Below, in pieces: positions 58,342-64,000 of a DNA stretch of 64,000 nucleotides. Source of the stretch: Clostridia bacterium. GTDB lineage: Bacteria > Bacillota > Clostridia > Oscillospirales > CAG-272. A model generated the notes under the pieces. That model searched no databases and was not told the DNA's origin. It was given only the letters and a program-made list of their open reading frames with translations. Made by a program: the position numbers and the translations under genes. The DNA lies in contig JAFTCN010000053.1 of assembly GCA_017454675.1 (NCBI GenBank), positions 4,853-68,852 on the forward strand. The letters are read 5' to 3'. Every line of letters begins with the position of its first letter. Position 1 is the stretch's first letter.

Positions 58342-59046
58342 ATGAAAAAGCTGATAGGCTTCGACCTCGACGGCACGCTGTCACAGCACCGTTCACCTCT
58401 CCCCGCCGAAAACCGCGAACTGCTCGACCGTCTGGGAAAAAAATACAGCCTGGTCATGGTCGCAGCCGGCAACTGTCCGCGCGTATACGGACAGATGGAT
58501 CACTATCCGATCGACATAATAGGCAACTACGGGATGCAGGAGAGCACGGTAAAAGACGGGAGGTTCGAGATCATACGCACCGACTTTACCGAGCCGGACA
58601 GAGAATGCTTCCTCGCGGTCACGTCATACCTTCGGAAAAAATACGGGTATACCGAATACGCCGGCGACCCGGTGGAGTTCCACCAGTCGGGCATGGTGAC
58701 CTTCCCGCTGCTCGGCACCGCCGCGAAGATCGAAGACAAGCTCGTCTTCGACCCAGACAGGTCGAAGAGGCGCCGCATGTACGGCGAAGTCCTGGCGCTC
58801 TTCCCCAACTACTCGGTATACATAGGCGGGTCGTCTTCCTTCGATTTTTCGGCAAAGCGGTACAACAAATACGATTCGCTGATGAGATACGCCGCCGAAC
58901 ACGGATTCACGAAGGACGAGATCCTGTACGTCGGAGACGATTTCGGCGACGGAGGCGGCGACAGCCATATCCGGCTCTTCGGAATGGATTACGTCAGGGT
59001 CGACGACTACCGCAGAACGCCCGACCTTCTGCGTTTCCTGCTCTGA
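58342..59046 (+). CDS. HAD-IIB hydrolase, phosphomannomutase (PMM)-like
   Basis: FDLDGTL, GMVTF, IGGSSSFD, YNK, YVGDDFGDGGGD. Confidence 0.75.
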   Translation: MKKLIGFDLDGTLSQHRSPLPAENRELLDRLGKKYSLVMVAAGNCPRVYGQMDHYPIDIIGNYGMQESTVKDGRFEIIRTDFTEPDRECFLAVTSYLRKKYGYTEYAGDPVEFHQSGMVTFPLLGTAAKIEDKLVFDPDRSKRRRMYGEVLALFPNYSVYIGGSSSFDFSAKRYNKYDSLMRYAAEHGFTKDEILYVGDDFGDGGGDSHIRLFGMDYVRVDDYRRTPDLLRFLL

Positions 59047-59104
59047 ACCGGCAAGCGCGCATGGCTCGATGAGCAGTGCCGCTCATGCCTGGCGCAACGT
59101 CATA

Positions 59105-59149
59105 ATGTCACAGACCCCGGAAGATCCGATCTCCCGGGGTCTGTGACAT
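59105..59149. terminator. long hairpin between convergent operons (probable terminator)
   Basis: 16-bp perfect inverted repeat ATGTCACAGACCCCGG / CCGGGGTCTGTGACAT; U tracts weak. Confidence 0.6.
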
Positions 59150-59177
59150 ATTATCTTTGCAGAAAACCGGCTCACGC

Positions 59178-59918
59178 TCAGGAGCCGAGGTAGCGCGAGA
59201 GGAATTCCCTCGTTCGCTGCTGCTCAGGGGCACCGAAGATCTGCTCCGGACTTCCCTGCTCGGCGATGACCCCCGCGTCCATGAAGATCACCCTGTCGGA
59301 GACCTCCCTCGCGAAAGCCATCTCGTGCGTCACGACGAGCATCGTAAAGCCGGCGCCGGCGAGCCTTCTCATGACGTTCAGCACCTCGCCGACCATCTCC
59401 GGGTCGAGAGCAGAGGTCGGTTCGTCGAAGAGTATGACCTCGGGTCCCATCGAGAGCGTCCTCGCTATCGCGACACGCTGCTTCTGTCCGCCCGACAGCT
59501 GTCGCGGCCTCGCGTTGATGAACTGCTCCATCCCGACCTTCGACAGGTATTCCAGCGCGGTCTTCTCGGCATCGGCCCGGGTCTTTCCCAGGACCTTCAT
59601 CTGACCTGCGGTGCAGTTGCCGAGCGCTGTCATGTTGTCGAACAGGTTGAAAGACTGGAAGACCATCCCGACTTTCGCCCTGTACCGGCGGATGTTGAAG
59701 CTCTTTGATGATATATCCGTGCCGTGAAAGAGTATCTTTCCGTCGGTCGGCGTCTCGAGCAGATTTATGCATCTGAGCATGGTGCTCTTGCCCGAGCCGG
59801 AAGAGCCGATGATGCTCACGACCTCGCCCTTCTTCACTCCGAAGTTTATGTCGGACAGGACGGTGTTCTCGCCGAATTTCTTTTTCAGATGCCGAAGCTC
59901 GATCACAAAGTCATCCAT
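59178..59918 (-). CDS. polar amino acid ABC transporter ATP-binding protein (probably lysine)
   Basis: [44 protein letters not shown]. Confidence 0.93.
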   Translation of the reverse strand: MDDFVIELRHLKKKFGENTVLSDINFGVKKGEVVSIIGSSGSGKSTMLRCINLLETPTDGKILFHGTDISSKSFNIRRYRAKVGMVFQSFNLFDNMTALGNCTAGQMKVLGKTRADAEKTALEYLSKVGMEQFINARPRQLSGGQKQRVAIARTLSMGPEVILFDEPTSALDPEMVGEVLNVMRRLAGAGFTMLVVTHEMAFAREVSDRVIFMDAGVIAEQGSPEQIFGAPEQQRTREFLSRYLGS

Positions 59919-60687
59919 GACGCTCCTCCTGCGGAACTCTTATCTCCGCCTCGGGATCCGACTGTGAACCGCATATGACGTAGTTTTCGGAGCCGCTAAG
60001 CTTCTTCTCCGCGAGACGGAGGAGTCTCGTCACGGTAAACGTCAGGATGAAGTAGATCACGCACACGACGAGATAGGTCTGGAAGCTCTGGAAATTCTGC
60101 CGCTTGATTATGCCGGCGAAATAGTAGAGTTCGGTGACGCCTATTACGTTCAGGACCGAGGTGTCCTTGATGTTGATGACGAACTCGTTGCTGACCGACG
60201 GCAGAATGTTCCGCATCACCTGCGGGATGATCACGTGCAGCATCGTCTGCGGATGGCTCATGCCGATCGAAAGCGCGCCTTCTGTCTGGCCGCGGTCGAT
60301 GGAGATGATACCGCCCCTTACGATCTCGGCCATATAAGCGCCGGTGTTGATGGAAACGATGAACATGCCCGACGGTATGAGAGGAAGCGTCGCGCCGCCG
60401 CTCGCGAAGGCGTATCCCCAGTATATGACCATCGCCTGGACCATCATCGGCGTTCCGCGGAAGACTTCCACGTAAGCCGCGATTATCCCCTTTACGGCCC
60501 TGTGAAGTCCGCGGAGAAAGCCGTTCCGCGACTCCGGAGCCGTCCTGATAACGCCGGTGAGCAAACCGATCACGAGACCCGCGACCGTGCCGACCAGCGA
60601 TATGAGCATCGTATAACCGACGCCTTTGAGCAGATAACCGTGATAGTCCGCGATTATAGCCGCGACGTCTGAAAAGAACTGTGCCAT
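59911..60687 (-). CDS. polar amino acid ABC transporter permease (probably lysine)
   Basis: [41 protein letters not shown]. Confidence 0.93.
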   Translation of the reverse strand: MAQFFSDVAAIIADYHGYLLKGVGYTMLISLVGTVAGLVIGLLTGVIRTAPESRNGFLRGLHRAVKGIIAAYVEVFRGTPMMVQAMVIYWGYAFASGGATLPLIPSGMFIVSINTGAYMAEIVRGGIISIDRGQTEGALSIGMSHPQTMLHVIIPQVMRNILPSVSNEFVINIKDTSVLNVIGVTELYYFAGIIKRQNFQSFQTYLVVCVIYFILTFTVTRLLRLAEKKLSGSENYVICGSQSDPEAEIRVPQEERHG

Positions 60688-60719
60688 AGATCACACCACG
60701 CGGGAGAATCAGCCCGCTT

Positions 60720-61616
60720 TTATTTCTTGATAATCACAACGAGGTTAGACGAATAGTAAACGCTGCTGAAGTCGATCTCCTTCGCACGTTCTGCGGTGGG
60801 GCTCATCCCGGCGACAATGGCGTCGACGGTCCCGGCCTGGACGGCGGGGATGAGCGAATCCCACTCAAGCGCGTAGATCTCGAGCTTCATTCCGAGGCTG
60901 GCGGCGATGTACCGGGCGATCTGTACGTCGTAGCCGTTGGCATACCTTCCGGCGGCGGGCTGCCCGTTCGGTTCGTAGATCGCGACTGCTCCGGCGGAGG
61001 GAGTGCCGAGGTCGGTCCAGTTAAAGGGCTCGTACGCGCATTCCATCGCGACCTTCAGCGTCCCGACGGGGTTCTCGGGCTCGGCGGCGGAAACGGCGAG
61101 CTCGCCGATCTCCTTGCCGGCAGAGAGCTTAACCATCTGCTCCATGAGGGCGGCCCTCTGTTCGGTCGTGACCTTAGCCAGTGCCTCGTTGATCCTTGCA
61201 GTGAGCTCGGAGCCCTTTTTCAGGCCGACGGCGATGCCGGTATCGGCGTCGGTGGCCTCGAATCCGGTGTCGTTGTTGACGAAGTGCAGATAGTCGAGCG
61301 ATTCCTCACTGAGACATATGGCCAGGGCCGTCGGTTCCTCGGCGATGTAGCCGTCTATGGCTCCGCTCTTGAGTGCGATGAGCAGATCGGCGAATTCGGG
61401 GTAGGTCGAGCCCTGGACTTTGCTTATCTGATTCAGCGCGTCGGCGTGGAATGTGCCTGCCTGCGCGGCTATCTTGGCACCGGCGAGGTCGGCTATCGAC
61501 TTTGCTGCCGAGATGTTCTTCGCGCCGCCTCCTCCGCAGGATACGAGCGCGAGCATGAGGATCGCGAGCACCGCGCAGAGCGCGGCAGTGAGTGTACGTC
61601 TTCTTGTTGATCTCAT
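60720..61616 (-). CDS. family 3 substrate-binding lipoprotein (probably lysine), apparently circularly permuted
   Basis: Lipobox LVS-C27; LKVAMECAYEPFNW, GYDVQIA, WDSLIPA, AGMSPTAER, IDFS..YY all in the C-terminal half; downstream of a lysine riboswitch. Confidence 0.88.
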   Translation of the reverse strand: MRSTRRRTLTAALCAVLAILMLALVSCGGGGAKNISAAKSIADLAGAKIAAQAGTFHADALNQISKVQGSTYPEFADLLIALKSGAIDGYIAEEPTALAICLSEESLDYLHFVNNDTGFEATDADTGIAVGLKKGSELTARINEALAKVTTEQRAALMEQMVKLSAGKEIGELAVSAAEPENPVGTLKVAMECAYEPFNWTDLGTPSAGAVAIYEPNGQPAAGRYANGYDVQIARYIAASLGMKLEIYALEWDSLIPAVQAGTVDAIVAGMSPTAERAKEIDFSSVYYSSNLVVIIKK

Positions 61617-61665
61617 TTGTTTCTTCCCTCCGTGTATGTTTGAATTTTATGAATTCTCCGCCGGT

Positions 61666-61703
61666 AAAAAAGGGCCGGCCCGGATGAAGAACATCCGGAC
61701 CGG
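61666..61703 (-). terminator. riboswitch expression-platform terminator
   Basis: Minus strand CCGGTCCGGATG-ttctt-CATCCGGGCCGG-ccc-TTTTTT between aptamer and RBS. Confidence 0.75.
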
Positions 61704-61720
61704 AAATAATACCGGGTAAA

Positions 61721-61882
61721 GATAGCTCTCCACATAAAGTGACAGTTCGCGACATCTTCTGCCGCGCCCCAACCTCCCGCAGTGCAAAGATACGGGAGAT
61801 TTCGGCGAAAGATCCTTTCCCGGGGCATCACCGGCATCTGCCTGCCTCCGCTCCGGTAGTCATATCTTCCGCGACCTCTATC
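61721..61882 (-). ncRNA. lysine riboswitch (L-box) aptamer
   Basis: Minus strand GATAGAGGTCGCG...GAAAGG...GCCGAA...TGGG...ACTGTCAC-TTTAT-GTGGAGAGCTATC; P1 GATAG/CTATC, P2 GCGGAAGAT/ATCTTTCGC, P3 TCTCCCG/CGGGAGG. Confidence 0.9.
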
Positions 61883-61896
61883 GTTTTATTGCGGAT

Positions 61897-61925
61897 ATTA
61901 TAACGCGTAAGCCGCTGTTTGTCAA
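61897..61925 (-). promoter_or_regulatory. promoter of the riboswitch-controlled ABC operon
   Basis: Minus strand TTGACA, 17 bp, TATAAT. Confidence 0.85.
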
Positions 61926-61973
61926 CATTTTTTCTGTTTTTCTCACGTATCAACCCGCAAAACGAGACTTTTC

Positions 61974-62002
61974 TTGCATTTATCTTTAGAATATGATATA
62001 AT
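61974..62002 (+). promoter_or_regulatory. promoter of coaE
   Basis: TTGCAT, 17 bp, TGnTATAAT. Confidence 0.75.
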
Positions 62003-62037
62003 TATGATGTATTTTTGTGTCCAGGATGGTGGGGTTG

Positions 62038-62694
62038 ATGCAGATGACAGTTATCGGAGTGACCGGGCCCAGCGGAGCGGGAAAGTCTTTGTTCTGCTCA
62101 CGCTTCGCAGAAGCCGGCTACAGGGTGATCGACTGCGACGCCGTATACCATGAGATGATCTCCAGGCCTTCCCGCTGCGTCGCCGAGCTCTCCCGGGAGG
62201 AGAACTTCGGGCGCGGCATACTGCTCCCCGACGGATCGGTCGACAGACGGGCGCTGTCGCGCGAGGTCTTCGCAGGCACACCGGAAGCCGGGAAAAAGCT
62301 CGGCCTGCTCAACGCGATCACTCACAGACACGTGAGAACGAGCATTAAAAGGCGGCTGTCGCACCCGGGCAACAACCGGCGAGGATTCGTCATCGACGCT
62401 CCACTCCTCTTCCAGGCCGGTGTCGAAGCCGACTGCTGCCTCACGGTGGCCGTCCTTGCATCCGGGAAGATCCGGCTCGAGCGGCTGCGCGGGCGTGACG
62501 GCCTGCCCGACTCCGACCTGATGGCAAGACTCGGAGCCGCGCCGTCAGACGAATGGTATTCAGGTCTTGCCGACGTCACCGTTGTGAACGACGGCTCGCG
62601 TGGGAGGCTCTTCTCAGCCGCCGACGCGATAATGAAAATGATCGATGAAGGCAGGTCACCGGAAGAGATAAAGAAGGCGGCGGTGTCGGGATGA
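62038..62694 (+). CDS. coaE: dephospho-CoA kinase
   Basis: IGVTGPSGAGKS, IDCD, VDRRAL, LNAITH, IDAPLL, RL..RD; exact start uncertain (62038 or 62044). Confidence 0.9.
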   Translation: MQMTVIGVTGPSGAGKSLFCSRFAEAGYRVIDCDAVYHEMISRPSRCVAELSREENFGRGILLPDGSVDRRALSREVFAGTPEAGKKLGLLNAITHRHVRTSIKRRLSHPGNNRRGFVIDAPLLFQAGVEADCCLTVAVLASGKIRLERLRGRDGLPDSDLMARLGAAPSDEWYSGLADVTVVNDGSRGRLFSAADAIMKMIDEGRSPEEIKKAAVSG

Positions 62695-63269
62695 GCAGCA
62701 AAACGAGCGTGAGGAACAGCATAGCCGTCCTCGTCATAGTGCTGCTGTCGATAGCGGGCGGATTCATCTTCGACCGCGTCGCGAAAGAGGTAAAGAAAGA
62801 CAGATATCCGCGGGAGTTCGAAACGGAGGTCAGATCGAGCGCCGAGGCAAACGGACTCCCGGAGAACACCGCGTTCGCCTGTATAAAGCTCCGCTCCGAC
62901 TTCTCACCCGCCCTGCTCACGGAAGGCGACAGGGGCGACATGATAGGTCTCTTCCAGCTGACCGAATCCGACTATGTCAGGTATTTCGGGGGCGAACCGG
63001 GTTCGTCGGGACTGCTTTACGAGCCGGCGACGAACATCGAGACCGGCTGCAGGCTCGTGTCTGCGCTGTTCGAGAAGTACGCCGGCTGGGACGAGGTCTG
63101 GGCAGCGATGTACGCGGGAGAGAGCACGGTCGACGCCTGGCTGTCGTCGGGGCTCTATTCCGACGCCTCGGGAAGGCTGAAGACGGTACCCGACAGCAAA
63201 ACTGCTGACTATGTGAAGCGGATGAACGAGACAATTGAGAAATACGAGGAGCTCTACCCTTCGAAATAA
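62691..63269 (+). CDS. SLT-type lytic transglycosylase homologue lacking the catalytic Glu
   Basis: N-terminal TM; YP..F...V, IKLRSDF, GLFQL, L.EP.TNI..G, ending T.DYVKR; the coaE-slt pairing is common in Clostridia. Confidence 0.75.
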   Translation: MSSKTSVRNSIAVLVIVLLSIAGGFIFDRVAKEVKKDRYPREFETEVRSSAEANGLPENTAFACIKLRSDFSPALLTEGDRGDMIGLFQLTESDYVRYFGGEPGSSGLLYEPATNIETGCRLVSALFEKYAGWDEVWAAMYAGESTVDAWLSSGLYSDASGRLKTVPDSKTADYVKRMNETIEKYEELYPSK

Positions 63270-63328
63270 CCGCCGGAACGGAACGGTTACAGGATTCAAA
63301 TCTCATAAAGACAGAAAGCGAGAAAAAG

Positions 63329-64000
63329 ATGACACCTGAAGAGATCCGCGGACTGACATACACAAAAAAGTCCGCATACGAGCGCAAGCGCGGTGAAAGC
63401 TATCTTTCCGACATCGGGACATACGCCGAAGGATACATGAAGTTCCTCGATGAAGCCAAGACAGAGCGTGAGGCAGTCAGAGAAGCTGTACGGCTGGCCG
63501 AGGCCGCCGGCTGGAAAAAATTCTCCTTCGGAGACAGGATCGAGACCGGAGGAAAATACTACTACAACAACCGCGGGAAGAACCTCTTCCTCTTTGCGGT
63601 CGGAAGCCGTCCGCTGACCGAAGGCATCAGGATATCGGCAGCTCACATCGACTCCCCCCGAGTCGACCTCAAGCCGGTCCCGCTGTACGAGGACGGCGGC
63701 ATGTGCTTCCTTAAGACTCACTATTACGGCGGCATCAGAAAATATCAGTGGACGGCGACGCCGCTCGCCCTCCGCGGCAGGATCGTCCGGAAGGACGGGA
63801 CATCCGTCGACATCCGAATCGGCGAAGACGGAAGCGGAGACCCTGTCTTCTACATCAACGATCTGCTCCCTCACCTCTCCCACAAGGACGACTCGAGACC
63901 TCTCGCCGAGGCTGTGCCGGGGGAAAAGCTCAATCTGCTGGCGGGATCAAGACCGGTCCCCGGCGAGTCCGACGGCATAAAGCTCAACGTGCTCGGCATA
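63329..64000 (+). CDS. M18 family aminopeptidase (5' part, runs off the window)
   Basis: Not in the ORF track; manual translation from ATG 63329: MTPEEIRG...FLDEAKTEREAV...NNRGK...AAHIDSPRVDLKP...THYYGGIRKYQW...INDLLPHL. Confidence 0.9.
   Translation, partial: MTPEEIRGLTYTKKSAYERKRGESYLSDIGTYAEGYMKFLDEAKTEREAVREAVRLAEAAGWKKFSFGDRIETGGKYYYNNRGKNLFLFAVGSRPLTEGIRISAAHIDSPRVDLKPVPLYEDGGMCFLKTHYYGGIRKYQWTATPLALRGRIVRKDGTSVDIRIGEDGSGDPVFYINDLLPHLSHKDDSRPLAEAVPGEKLNLLAGSRPVPGESDGIKLNVLGI

Noticed and set aside
1-64000. CRISPR arrays, IS elements, prophage or defence genes
   Set aside because: No regularly spaced repeats, transposase, integrase, cas, phage or defence motifs were seen; the window is almost fully tiled by metabolic and housekeeping genes.

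Overview
GC-rich chromosomal window from a probable anaerobic Bacillota (Clostridia-like) genome, judged from gene content (ylxM-ffh-rpsP-khpA, ddh, Ami-type Opp, oadB) and near-consensus sigma-A promoters. It holds about 50 CDS, one tRNA-Val(GAC) and a lysine riboswitch. I saw no mobile element, prophage, CRISPR array or defence system. In order: rhaA and a GH106 rhamnosidase; a beta-helix lipoprotein followed by an OYE/SDR/flavoprotein trio; an unusual Opp operon; valS and a surface protein; a 13-gene run from argC through dap genes and polA to a Na+-decarboxylase set; SRP genes; sugar and glycerol genes; dxs, metH and metF; a HAD/sulfatase operon; a lysine ABC transporter; coaE, an SLT-like gene and an M18 peptidase cut by the window edge. 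The most striking observation is that both ABC substrate-binding lipoproteins (OppA and the lysine SBP) appear circularly permuted. The Opp system also has an OppD with a ~230-aa charged insertion, an OppF with a two-helix membrane tail, and a motif-degenerate ApbE-like gene downstream. All family calls come from motifs recognised by eye; no searches were run.
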